In this document: positions 51,218-61,300 of the stretch, piece by piece | How positions within the stretch are numbered: position 1 is the first letter of the stretch | Layout: each line of letters starts with the position of its first letter | Origin: Dehalococcoides mccartyi | Lineage (GTDB): Bacteria > Chloroflexota > Dehalococcoidia > GIF9 > DYGU01 | Length of the DNA stretch: 64,000 bases | Reading direction: 5' to 3' | Assembly (NCBI GenBank): GCA_020724525.1 | Contig: DYGU01000006.1 | Span: 13,210 to 77,209, forward strand | Notes under the pieces: generated by a model | Seen by the model: the letters and a program-made list of their open reading frames with translations, nothing else | Databases searched by the model: none | What the model was told of the DNA's origin: nothing | Program-made: the position numbers and the translations under genes

Positions 51218-52310
51218 ACCAAAAATAACAGGGCTTAGGCCATGTCCTCATGGCGGCATTGACTATTTGGAGCTGGAGAGGTTAAAGATTTCTCCCGAAT
51301 CTGTAATTGATTTCAGCGTTAATTCAAATCCTTTTGGACCACCACCAGCAGTGACAAAGGCTTTAGCCGAAGTGGCTATTGACCGTTATCCTGATTCTGA
51401 GGCTATTGAACTGAGGCGAGCCTTAGCCACTAAATTAGGAGTGACTACAAACAATATCTTAGTAGGTAACGGCTCCATTGAGCTGGTCAGACTTGTGGCT
51501 CTGGCTTATCTCGAAAAAGGAGACTTAGTTCTTATTCCCCAACCTACCTTTGGCGAATATGAAGTTGCCTGCCGCCTTGCCGGTGCTCGATTGCTGAAAC
51601 CCTGGGCTGAGAGAGAGGTAAATTTTCGAATAAGGGTAGCTGGCCTTATTCACTTAATAAGACAGCATCAGCCTAAGGCTATTTTTTTAAGCAATCCCAA
51701 TAATCCTACCGGACAGTATCTCAGTAAAGAAGAGGTTGAGGAGCTGATCGACACAGCTAAAGACAGTCTGGTGGTAATAGACGAGGCTTATATAAACTTT
51801 GTGGATGATGGCTGGTGTTCTATAAATTTGATAAAGAAAGGTAATTTGCTTCTGTTACGGTCTATGACCAAGGACTATGCCCTGGCTGGGCTGCGTTTAG
51901 GTTATGTAGTAGCTGAAGAATCCATAATTTCCAGCTTGCGCCAAGTCCAATCTCCGTGGAGTGTCAATGTAGTAGCCCAGAGAGCGGGGCTTTTAGCTTT
52001 AAAGGAGGAAAGATATTTTGAGGCGTGCCGGAATGGAATCTGCGAAGCCCGGAATTTTCTGGTAACGGGGCTGACTTCCTTGGGTCTGCATCCATTACCG
52101 TCACAGTGTAATTTCTTTCTACTTGAAGTTGGTGGAGCTAAACAATTTCGGCAAGCGCTCTTGGAAAAAGGGATTCTGGTTCGTGATTGTACCTCTTTTG
52201 GTTTGCCTGAATACATTCGGTTAGCAGTGCAGACTTTGCCCCGGTGCCAGCGGCTGATTACGGTTATAAAGGAGTGTGGAATTTTATATAAATGTTGGCT
52301 AAGACATTAA
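51201..52310 (+). CDS. cobD: L-threonine-O-3-phosphate decarboxylase (PLP, HisC-like)
   Basis: HGG, DFSVN.NP, NPNNPTG, DEAY, RSMTKDYALAGLRLG; cob cluster context. Confidence 0.85.
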   Translation: MSSPLKPKITGLRPCPHGGIDYLELERLKISPESVIDFSVNSNPFGPPPAVTKALAEVAIDRYPDSEAIELRRALATKLGVTTNNILVGNGSIELVRLVALAYLEKGDLVLIPQPTFGEYEVACRLAGARLLKPWAEREVNFRIRVAGLIHLIRQHQPKAIFLSNPNNPTGQYLSKEEVEELIDTAKDSLVVIDEAYINFVDDGWCSINLIKKGNLLLLRSMTKDYALAGLRLGYVVAEESIISSLRQVQSPWSVNVVAQRAGLLALKEERYFEACRNGICEARNFLVTGLTSLGLHPLPSQCNFFLLEVGGAKQFRQALLEKGILVRDCTSFGLPEYIRLAVQTLPRCQRLITVIKECGILYKCWLRH

Positions 52311-53812
52311 TGGTCCAGGGCACGGCTTCGTTTGTGGGTAAAAGTGTTATAGTTGCCGCCTTATGTCGTATTTTTCGTCAGGATGGCTTTCGGGTTGCCC
52401 CATTTAAAGCCCAAAACATGGCTCTTAATTCTTATGTAACCAGGGAGGGTGGTGAAATCGGACGAGCCCAGGCAGTCCAGGCAGAAGCAGCCGGTATTGA
52501 GCCGACAGTGGATATGAACCCCATCCTCCTTAAACCTGAGACTGACTCCCGGTCACAGGTAGTTATTTTGGGTAAGGTAGCTAATAACCTCAAGGCTGAA
52601 GACTATTATCAATATACCCCCTACCTTCTAAAAATAGTTGAGGATTCCTTAGGCAGGTTACGGGCTAATTATGATATTGTGGTCATTGAAGGTGCCGGCA
52701 GCCCTGCCGAGATTAACTTAAAGAGACGGGAGATAGTCAATATGCGTCTTGCCCGCAGAGTCAGTGCCCCCGTTCTTCTGATAGGAGATATTGACCGAGG
52801 TGGTGTCTTTGCCTCCCTTGTGGGCACTCTCCGCTTACTCACCCCCAAGGAACGACGTTTAGTCAGGGGGCTCATTATTAATAAGTTTCGGGGCGACCCT
52901 AAATTGCTCAAACCAGGTCTAGAACTTCTGGAAAAATATACTGATAAACCGGTATTGGGAGTAATCCCTTATTTTCGCGGTATTACCATCGCCCAGGAGG
53001 ATTCCGTTTATTTAGAAGACAAAAACCAGGAATTCTTAATAAAAAAAGACGACTTGAATATAGCTATTATCCACTTGCCCCATATTTCTAATTATGATGA
53101 TTTCGACCCCCTTGAGGCTGAAGGTTGCCAAGTCAACTATATAAACAGTCCCCATCAGTTGATTAACCCGGATTTGATTATTTTACCGGGAACAAAGAGC
53201 ACTATTGCTGACCTGACTTTTCTGAAAGAGTCGGGCTTAGCCCAAGCTATTTTGGACTGTATAAAGGCGGGAACCCCAATGATAGGTATCTGTGGCGGCT
53301 ATCAAATGTTAGGAAAAAGCATCGCTGACCCTTATCATATAGGATCCCAATTGGAGGTAGCCTCCGGTTTAGGGATTCTTGAGGTCAATACTATTTTTGA
53401 CCGGAGAAAAAGAACAGTACAGGTAAAAGCTCAAGTAATTGGCGACAGTGGCTTACTCTCAGGATTGAAGGGTATGGAGGTCAGTGGCTATGAAATCTAT
53501 AAGGGGCAGACTATGTGGCAGGACTGTCCCCCAGCTTTCCAAGTTCTGGAAACACCCCAGGGAAAGGTAGACTATTTTGATGGGGCGATTGGTAACGACG
53601 GTTGGGTAATGGGTAGTTATCTTCATGGCTTATTCCATAATACTAATTTCACCCGAGGGTTATTGAATAAGTTACGACAAAGGCGGGGGCTGTCCCAAAG
53701 GACAGGAAGCTCATCCCTTAGCCGAGACGAGGAATATAATAGGTTAGCCCAAATAGTAAGACAGAATATTGATTTACCCCAAATTTACAGTATAGTTTTT
53801 GGAGGAGATTAA
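52292..53812 (+). CDS. cobQ: Cobyric acid synthase
   Basis: QGTAS.VGKS, PFKAQNM, EGAGSPAEIN, GICGGYQMLG, YLHG. Confidence 0.96.
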   Translation: MLAKTLMVQGTASFVGKSVIVAALCRIFRQDGFRVAPFKAQNMALNSYVTREGGEIGRAQAVQAEAAGIEPTVDMNPILLKPETDSRSQVVILGKVANNLKAEDYYQYTPYLLKIVEDSLGRLRANYDIVVIEGAGSPAEINLKRREIVNMRLARRVSAPVLLIGDIDRGGVFASLVGTLRLLTPKERRLVRGLIINKFRGDPKLLKPGLELLEKYTDKPVLGVIPYFRGITIAQEDSVYLEDKNQEFLIKKDDLNIAIIHLPHISNYDDFDPLEAEGCQVNYINSPHQLINPDLIILPGTKSTIADLTFLKESGLAQAILDCIKAGTPMIGICGGYQMLGKSIADPYHIGSQLEVASGLGILEVNTIFDRRKRTVQVKAQVIGDSGLLSGLKGMEVSGYEIYKGQTMWQDCPPAFQVLETPQGKVDYFDGAIGNDGWVMGSYLHGLFHNTNFTRGLLNKLRQRRGLSQRTGSSSLSRDEEYNRLAQIVRQNIDLPQIYSIVFGGD

Positions 53813-53813
53813 C

Positions 53814-54926
53814 ATGTCTGATTCTCTGGAGCGAATAATTAAGGCAATAAAGCCTCTTGATGAAGTTGCTATGGAAGCAGCCCGAAAACGCCAGGATAGC
53901 CTAACTAAGCCTCAGGGAAGTCTGGGTCGGCTGGAAGAACTATCTATCAAGACTGCTGGCATTAAAGCTGACCCTCTGCCTAAGCTCAAGCACAAGGCTA
54001 TCATTATCATGGTAGCCGACCATGGTGTGGTCGCTGAGAGCGTGAGTCTTTACCCCCAGGAGGTTACCCGACAGATGGTCCTTAATTTTCTTGAGGGTGG
54101 GGCGGGCATAAATGTTCTGGCAAGCCATGTCGGAGCTCGGGTAGTTATTGTGGATATGGGAGTAATTGGAGGTTTTCCACCACTCCCCGGGCTTGTATGT
54201 AAAATGATTGACTTTGGCACTAAAAATATGGCTAATGGACCAGCTATGTCCCGGGAACAAGCTTTAGACGCCCTTGAAGCTGGAATTAAAGTAGTTGAAG
54301 CTGAGATGGGCAAGGGACTTGATATTGTTGGTACTGGGGATATGGGCATCGGCAATACTACTGCCGCCAGTACTATTTGTGCTGCAATCACCGGGGAGCC
54401 AATAAAGAAGGTTACTGGACGGGGCACTGGCATTGGTGATAAACAGTTAGCCCATAAAATTGAAGTCATTAAGCGAGCTTTAGCCGTTAACCATCCTTCA
54501 GCCAGAGACCCCGTAGATGTTTTAGCCAAAGTTGGCGGCTTTGAAATTGGTGGTTTAGCCGGTGTCATTTTAGCCGCGGCTGCTTACCGCATTCCAGTAG
54601 TTATAGATGGCTTTATTTCCGGGGCTGCGGCTCTCATTGCTTCAGGACTATCACCCCGGGTAAAAGACTACCTCATTGCTGCCCACGTTTCGGCAGAGCC
54701 AGGACACGCCTTGCTCCTTAATTTCCTCGGCTTAAGACCTTTACTTAATCTGGAGATGCGTCTGGGGGAAGGGACTGGAGCTGCTTTAGGCATCTTCTTA
54801 GCTGAAGCCGCCACCAGGATTCTTACCGAAATGGCTACTTTTGCCGAAGCTGGTGTCTCAGAAGCCCAGCCAATTCCAGAAGATACTATCAAGAAATGGG
54901 GTCACCAAAAATCGCCGATTTTTTAG
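53814..54926 (+). CDS. cobT: Nicotinate-nucleotide:DMB phosphoribosyltransferase
   Basis: LTKP.GSLGRLE, DHG, GDMGIGNTT, MRLGEGTGA. Confidence 0.96.
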   Translation: MSDSLERIIKAIKPLDEVAMEAARKRQDSLTKPQGSLGRLEELSIKTAGIKADPLPKLKHKAIIIMVADHGVVAESVSLYPQEVTRQMVLNFLEGGAGINVLASHVGARVVIVDMGVIGGFPPLPGLVCKMIDFGTKNMANGPAMSREQALDALEAGIKVVEAEMGKGLDIVGTGDMGIGNTTAASTICAAITGEPIKKVTGRGTGIGDKQLAHKIEVIKRALAVNHPSARDPVDVLAKVGGFEIGGLAGVILAAAAYRIPVVIDGFISGAAALIASGLSPRVKDYLIAAHVSAEPGHALLLNFLGLRPLLNLEMRLGEGTGAALGIFLAEAATRILTEMATFAEAGVSEAQPIPEDTIKKWGHQKSPIF

Positions 54927-54952
54927 GGGTAAAAGAAAGGTAGTAAGTAGTC

Positions 54953-55693
54953 TTGGGCTTTTGGGCTGCTGTCCGGTTTCTAACTATTTTCCCTACCCCA
55001 AAACGCTACAAAATAGAAGACAGGGAAATAGGTGCCTCCCTGACCTACTTTCCCCTAATAGGTTTAGGAATAGGAGCCATTCTAACAGGCTTGGACTATG
55101 GGTTAGGGTTATTGCTGCCCATGGCAGTGGTAAACGCCTTACTTATTTTAGTTCTGGCTATTGTCACCGGGGCTCTTCATCTTGACGGCTTCGTTGATAC
55201 CTGTGATGGTGTCATTAGCGGTAAAACGCCAGAAGAAAGGCTAACCATAATGAGAGACAGTCGCACTGGAGCCTTTGGAGTTATCGGAGCTTTTCTACTG
55301 CTACTGGTCAAATATGCTGCTTTAGTTTCTATCTCTGGGAAGTTAAGAATGCCTGCCCTCTTCCTTATGCCAGCTTTAGCCCGCTGGACTTTAGTTGGTG
55401 CTATTTTCTTTTTTCCTTATGCCAGAAGTTCAGGCATGGGGCTCCCTTTCAAACAAGGTGCTAGGAGAGTAAGGCTTATTCTGGCTACTGTCATAACTTT
55501 AGCTGCCTCCCTGGTTCTGCTAAAAGGGCTTGGACTGGTAATAATAATGTCTTTGGGGCTTATAATTTTGGGTATAGCCACCTACCTTCGTTCCCGGTTG
55601 GGAGGACTTACCGGCGATAGTTATGGGGCTATTAATGAAGCCTCCGAAGTAACCTTCTTAGTTTTACTAATCCTTTTTAGTCAGTGGCTATAA
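54953..55693 (+). CDS. cobS: Cobalamin synthase
   Basis: TGALHLDGFVDTCDG, IMRDSR.G.FG, GGLTGD.YGA. Confidence 0.95.
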   Translation: MGFWAAVRFLTIFPTPKRYKIEDREIGASLTYFPLIGLGIGAILTGLDYGLGLLLPMAVVNALLILVLAIVTGALHLDGFVDTCDGVISGKTPEERLTIMRDSRTGAFGVIGAFLLLLVKYAALVSISGKLRMPALFLMPALARWTLVGAIFFFPYARSSGMGLPFKQGARRVRLILATVITLAASLVLLKGLGLVIIMSLGLIILGIATYLRSRLGGLTGDSYGAINEASEVTFLVLLILFSQWL

Positions 55694-56265
55694 TGACTGA
55701 ACAGTTATTCTCTAAAAAGGTTACTTTTGTTCTCGGTGGGGCTCGCAGTGGCAAAAGTTATTTTGCCCAAAAGTTAGCCAGGAAACTGGGAAAAAAGGTG
55801 CTCTTTGTGGCTACCGCTGAGCCTCTGGATAAAGAGATGCAAGCCCGTATTGAGGAGCATAAGAAGTTGCGTCCTTCTTACTGGCGAACCCTTGAAATAG
55901 CCAGTGGCATAGCCGGGGAAATAGAGACTCAGTCTGGCGATGCCGAAGTAGTGGTTGTGGACTGCCTGACTCTGCTTGTTTCCAATATCGTGACCAAAAA
56001 CTCTGACTATAACCAGGCAGAAAAACGGGTGATAGCCGAAATTAATGAGCTCATTAACTGCCTGGACAGACTCAATGCCAGCTTTATTATTGTTTCCAAT
56101 GAAGTGGGGCTGGGCATAGTGCCCGAAAACGAGCTGGCACGCTTTTACCGCGACCTCTTAGGTAAAGTCAACCAGCTTATCAGCCAGAAAGCCGATGAAG
56201 TCTATTTCATGGTTGCCGGCATTCCACTGAAAATAAAAGGGGAGCCCTCACCAACCAAAAGTTGA
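55693..56265 (+). CDS. cobU: Cobinamide kinase / cobinamide-phosphate guanylyltransferase
   Basis: GGARSGKS, RI..H...R, DCLT, SNEVG.G.VP. Confidence 0.95.
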   Translation: MTEQLFSKKVTFVLGGARSGKSYFAQKLARKLGKKVLFVATAEPLDKEMQARIEEHKKLRPSYWRTLEIASGIAGEIETQSGDAEVVVVDCLTLLVSNIVTKNSDYNQAEKRVIAEINELINCLDRLNASFIIVSNEVGLGIVPENELARFYRDLLGKVNQLISQKADEVYFMVAGIPLKIKGEPSPTKS

Positions 56266-56289
56266 CAGTTACCTTCCTGGGCCTATAAT
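56262..56289 (+). promoter_or_regulatory. Consensus sigma-70 promoter with no downstream sense ORF
   Basis: TTGACA-16 nt-TATAAT overlapping the cobU stop. Confidence 0.45.
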
Positions 56290-56441
56290 CACCCCTCTGC
56301 CTTTCGTAAATACAGTCTGTCTCTTCAATGAACCACTGCCGACCGACCTTTGTTCCTTTAATTCGACCTTTCCTGAGTAATCGCTGAAGCCATTGTTTGA
56401 CTTATCCCAAATCTTTTGGCTGCCTCTTTAGCGGTTATCAT
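56290..56441 (-). pseudogene. HTH_17 / excisionase-like small DNA-binding gene, frameshifted
   Basis: MITAKEAAKRFGIS, +1 shift, then KQWLQRLLRKGRIKGTKVGRQWFI. Confidence 0.65.
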
Positions 56442-56498
56442 CTCACCCCGACCCTAATTATAACAAGACGCAAATATAAATAATCAATAGGATTTAAG

Positions 56499-56526
56499 AA
56501 AAAAGCCAACCTTAATCAGGTTGGCT
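56499..56526 (-). terminator. Intrinsic terminator of paralog 4
   Basis: Minus strand AGCCAACCT-GATTA-AGGTTGGCT-TTTTT. Confidence 0.75.
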
Positions 56527-56548
56527 CCAGAGCAAACCACAGTGTTAT

Positions 56549-56833
56549 TTAAGGTTGAGCTTTAAGGACTTGCCTTGTCTTTTCTGATTCTGAGACAACT
56601 AGCTGGGCCAGGTATTTTATAGCCTCAGCCATTTCTTTTCTTGCCTCACTCTGTCCTTGTTCTATTCTAATGAGTATTTCTCTTAGCTCTTTTCTTGTCT
56701 CGATATGTCCCTCTTCCATTCTGGTGAGAATTTTTCTTGTGTTTCTTCCATTTATTATGGCATAAACTGTAATGAATGCACCTAAAATGGTTGACATAGT
56801 CCCGGCTAAAGCCAATAGTTCCCAGAGACTCAT
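56549..56833 (-). CDS. Small membrane-anchored coiled-coil protein (paralog 4)
   Basis: TM helix, INGRN, then heptads (ETRKEL/EARKEM); GGAGG RBS. Confidence 0.75.
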   Translation of the reverse strand: MSLWELLALAGTMSTILGAFITVYAIINGRNTRKILTRMEEGHIETRKELREILIRIEQGQSEARKEMAEAIKYLAQLVVSESEKTRQVLKAQP

Positions 56834-56897
56834 CTCACACCTCCATTTCCGTTTCCTGCTTCTATCAACCCTTATATCTTTTTAATCTGCTACCTCC

Positions 56898-56926
56898 AGT
56901 TTAGGAAACTGAATAGGGGCTGTCAA
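56898..56926 (-). promoter_or_regulatory. Sigma-70 promoter of paralog 4
   Basis: TTGACA-17 nt-TAAACT on the minus strand. Confidence 0.6.
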
Positions 56927-57101
56927 GGCAGTAGCTTTAATAAATTTGTCTACGCACGTTCTCAGGCTCCTTTTGGGCTGAAGTATATTGACTTTAGTAA
57001 TACTCGGTCTTCCCATGGGTAAAAAGGGCATAGATTAAAAAGCTTAATTTGAGGTCTAGCCTTATAAGTTCCCTTAAAGTCAACGCCTGCTTCAACAGGG
57101 C

Positions 57102-57129
57102 TTGACTTTTTCACTGGTTCTGCTATACT
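57102..57129 (+). promoter_or_regulatory. Sigma-70 promoter upstream of cobalamin riboswitch 2
   Basis: TTGACT-16 nt-TATACT with TGn extension. Confidence 0.65.
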
Positions 57130-57149
57130 AACCACAAAATAAAATAAAT

Positions 57150-57290
57150 TGTTTAGGTTGAGGTGCCCGAGGGCAATCGAGGGCTTAATGGGAAAGCAAG
57201 CTGGTGGAATTCCGGCGCAGTCCCGCTTGCTGTAACAGCCAGAACGCCTGCCTCAACAACAATAACCACCTCCGCGGAGTCAGGGGGCAG
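57150..57290 (+). ncRNA. Cobalamin riboswitch 2 (short variant)
   Basis: GGTGCCC..GGGCTTAATGGGAA, CTGGTGGAATTCCGG, GCAGTCCCGC..CTGT, GCCAGAACGCCTGCC; upstream of btuF. Confidence 0.88.
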
Positions 57291-57309
57291 GGTTTTTTAG
57301 TTAGCTTCT

Positions 57310-57344
57310 AAAATCCCTCTACCGCTGTGGTGGAGGGATTTTTT
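57310..57344 (+). terminator. Riboswitch-associated intrinsic terminator
   Basis: AAAATCCCTCTACC-GCTGT-GGTGGAGGGATTTTTT. Confidence 0.8.
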
Positions 57345-57368
57345 AATGCCAAAAAGAAGGAGATTATT

Positions 57369-58376
57369 ATGAAACAGTACCTTAGAATCTTCTTGACTCT
57401 ACTAATAACAGTGGGGCTAATATTCTCTTCAGTCATTTCCTGTGCCCCAGCCCCACCAGAAATTAAACCACCACCGCCACCCCCCATAGAAAAACCAAAG
57501 CCACCGGAACCGGAAAAACCGCTACCCCCACCTATGTTCCCGGTGACCGTCACCGATGACCTGGGCAAAAAGATAACCCTGGAGAAACCACCCCAGCGAA
57601 TAGTCTCCCTGTCTCCAAGTAATACCGAAATCCTTTTTGCCTTAGGTCTCGGGAATAAAATAGTTGGTGTTACCTCTTTCTGCAATTATCCCGATGAAGC
57701 CAGAACCAAGCCAAGGATAGGTGGTTTTCACCCTCCTGATATTGAAAGGGTGGTTGCTCAGAAACCAGATTTGATATTGGCTGCTAAAATCCATGAAAAG
57801 ACAGTCGTCCCCCCGTTAGAAAGATTAGGCTTGACCGTTTTAACTATGTCTCCCAAGACCCTTGAGGGAATACTTAAAAATATTACCCTGATAGGAGATG
57901 TCACCGGCAAAAGTCAGGAAGCGGCTGCTTTGGTGGCTAAGCTAAACGAGAGAATTAAAGTTGTTACTACCAAAACAGAAAAGCTAACCAGCGAGCAATA
58001 CCTCCGAGTCCTTTATGTTATCTGGCATGACCCAATATGGACAATGGGACGAGATAACTTCCAGAATGATTTAATTCAAAAAGCTGGTGGCAGAAATATC
58101 TTTGCCCCAGATTTCCCCGAGTGGCGCATTGTTTCCCTGGAAGAAATCCTTACCCGAAATCCTCAGATAATCATTGTCAGCGGCATGGGAGCGACACGGG
58201 GGCTTATTTTTAGCTCCATAAAGAATGAGCCAAGATTAGCCGCCACTGAAGCCCTGACTAAGGGGAAAATTTATGAAATTGAGGGCGACCTTATTGAACG
58301 GCCTGGACCAAGGATAGTAGAAGCTTTAGAACAATTAGCCGGGTTTATCCATCCGGAAATATTTGGCTCTCAATGA
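57369..58376 (+). CDS. btuF: Cobalamin-binding lipoprotein with Pro-rich linker
   Basis: Signal peptide ending VISC, poly-Pro, TDDLG, RIVSLSPSNTEILFALG, RPGPRIV. Confidence 0.9.
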   Translation: MKQYLRIFLTLLITVGLIFSSVISCAPAPPEIKPPPPPPIEKPKPPEPEKPLPPPMFPVTVTDDLGKKITLEKPPQRIVSLSPSNTEILFALGLGNKIVGVTSFCNYPDEARTKPRIGGFHPPDIERVVAQKPDLILAAKIHEKTVVPPLERLGLTVLTMSPKTLEGILKNITLIGDVTGKSQEAAALVAKLNERIKVVTTKTEKLTSEQYLRVLYVIWHDPIWTMGRDNFQNDLIQKAGGRNIFAPDFPEWRIVSLEEILTRNPQIIIVSGMGATRGLIFSSIKNEPRLAATEALTKGKIYEIEGDLIERPGPRIVEALEQLAGFIHPEIFGSQ

Positions 58377-61300
58377 AGCTAAAACTCTGGCAATATTGTC
58401 TCATCACCATATTTTTCTTCACCTCTATTATTATTGCCGCCAGCCCATCAGGGCACTCCCAGCTGGTGGCAGCCGATAGCCCAGCCCTCCAGTGGCTCCG
58501 CCTTAACACACCACAAAATGGTGCTCCCGGGCACTATGTTTTAATGAATAACTCTGAGGTTAGTCGTATTGCTGTCAGCAATGATAACAAGACCATTTAT
58601 GCCTTGGATAACTGGAACACACGGCTCTATAAATCTAACGATGCTGGCTATACTTGGCAAGACTTGACCACACGTCTTAATGCTGCTCCCGGGCTTCCCG
58701 GTGCCTACACTGCTTTAGTCGCATTAGCTACCCCGCCTGATGACCCCAATTTTGTGGCTGTCGCCGGGACCGCTGGCGGTATTAAAGCTGTCTCTATCTC
58801 CGCTGACGGTGGCATTAACTGGGGCTACACTGGTCCCCTCCCCACGACTGTTCTAGGCACTATCAGGTCCCTTGATGTGGCTAAAGCCATCCCTGGTGGT
58901 CTTGGCATCATTCGCAACATAGCTGTCAGCACTGCTAATGATATTGCTGGTGGCACCGTTGCCCGACTTGAGTTCGGTAGCATTGGTGGCTGGGTGGATA
59001 CCTTTGTTGCTTACCCTGGGGCTACAGCCTCCGATGTCACCGCTATAAAGTTCTCGCCCAACTTCCTCATTGACCGGACACTCTTAGCCGTCTGTCAGAC
59101 AGCTACCCGAAGTATCTTGCAAGCGGCTAACTTTGGTGCTGCTCCCATCTGGAACACTACTTACACAGGCTATCCCATTAACATTGATTATCCACCAGGC
59201 ACGGCTACCCCCAATGCTACTCAGATAATAACTTCAGATATGGCTTTGCCTTCTGATTATATAGGGACTAACCCGTCCCGGCGCCGCGTCTATATCGGTT
59301 TTAATGCTACAGGTGGTATCAGAGATGCCTTCCGTATTGATAATACCAGCGTTTTCCGCCTCAATGTTCTTGATGGTGCTAATATTGACTTGACCAGCAT
59401 TGCTTATTATGGCACCTATGATTCAGGCAAGCTTTTAGCCGGAAGAACTGATGGTATAGGTATAGAAACTCAGGTATACCGCACTTTTAACCCCCAGTCC
59501 CGCCTCCCAGACTGGAAAACCTCGGCTAAGCCACCCACTGGTCCCGGGAAAGCTTTCGTCCGCTGGGCACCAGATGGCAAGAGCGCTTTTTGCGGCACCA
59601 GCGGTGTTGGCGCTAATGATGAATCGGCTTTTTCCCGAAGCATTGATGCTGGTCTTAGCTGGAACCAGACTGGAATTATTGATACTGTCATTAACCGGAT
59701 TAATCACCTGGAACCATCGCCTAATGGCGACACCTTATTTATGACCACCATTAATGTTGGGGCAGCTAATGCCGATAGTCTATGGCGAAGTATCAATCCA
59801 ATAATGGGTAAATGGGAGCGAGTCCTGGCTCGCAGTAGCACCGGTACTGGTGACAATCCCCGGGCAAAAGTAGCACCGGATTATGCCGATACCAAGATCG
59901 TCTGGTTTATCAGCTTTGATATTTCCCTGAGTACCCAGCAATTACTCGTTTCCTATGATGGCGGTAATACCTTTGAAGCTCGGGCAAGCAATATCGTTCT
60001 AATTGACCTGGCGGTAGAAGACAAGAATACTCTTTACGGTCTTAACGCCTCTGGTGCTGTCAGCAAAAGTGTTGATGGTGGCTGGACCTGGCAGACACCA
60101 GTCATGACTGGACTTGACAATGGTTATAGTATTACTACCGCCTACACTGGTTCCACACCTGACAATGATAAAGGCAAGGTTATAGTTGGCGGCACCGGCA
60201 CTGGCAACTACGATGTTGCTTACTCTATTGATGGAGGTGCCACTTTTACCTCTATCCCCCTGCCCCTGCCAGCTCCTCGAGGCAATACCTTAGTCCTTGC
60301 CAGTTCGGGCTACAAGATGGATGGTACCATTTTAGCCATGACTGCCGATGGGATCTATGCCTGGGGAATTTATGCCGGGAAAAATGTCTGGGAACAATGG
60401 GGATTCACTTCCTGGGGAGGCTGGGATTACGGATTTAGATTTACTGGGATAGTAATCTTCCGCAATTATACTGCTTATGCTTCTACCCTTCGGACATTAC
60501 CCTGGGGCACCAATGGTGTCGGACGCTGGTTCTATCCCAACCTCCTGGCTAACCTTGACCCTGACGTTTCATTCCAGGCACAACCTCGAGGGCTTAAGCT
60601 TTCTGGTGGGCTGGAAGCTAATCAGCCGGTAGTTTTATGGGCAGCCGACACCCGTGCCTACAACCCACCTCAAGGTGGTGTCTGGTATTATGCCGATACC
60701 CTTATCTGGCTCGGTCCACCTCCCGCTGAGCCGGTAAGTCAAGCTATAATTGAATATGACCCGGTAACAGGAAGGGCTGGAGGAATTTTTCTCAAATGGC
60801 AGCCCCGCTCCTTAGCCGATGGCTATCAAATTCAAATCGCTGTAGACGAAGATTTCGCCGCTCTAATTACTGATATTGGTCGCTTTCCCTACTACTATCC
60901 CCACGACCCATTACAGCCAACTTTGCTTTTGCCGGCTGGTGGGGGCACCATCACTGACAGGAAAGGTAATTCCTGGGCAATCCCCGCCTTACCAGCGGGC
61001 AAGACTTACTACTGGCGAGTTCGAGTCCGGAGTACCATTTATGGTGATTCCCTGATGAGCCCCTGGTCCTGGCGGGAAAGCCTCGCCGTCAAGACCGGGG
61101 TGCCAGTAAGGTCTCCCTCACCCGGTTTACTTATTCTTAGCCCCAAAATCGGCGCCACTGATGTCCCTCCCACCCCTGCCTTCTCTTGGATACCTTCCCC
61201 CGGGACTACTAAATATGAGTTTGTCCTATACCGGGATGCAGCTCTAACTGATATTATAGTTAAAGCCATCATCCCCACCTCAGCCTGGCTTTACCCCGGC

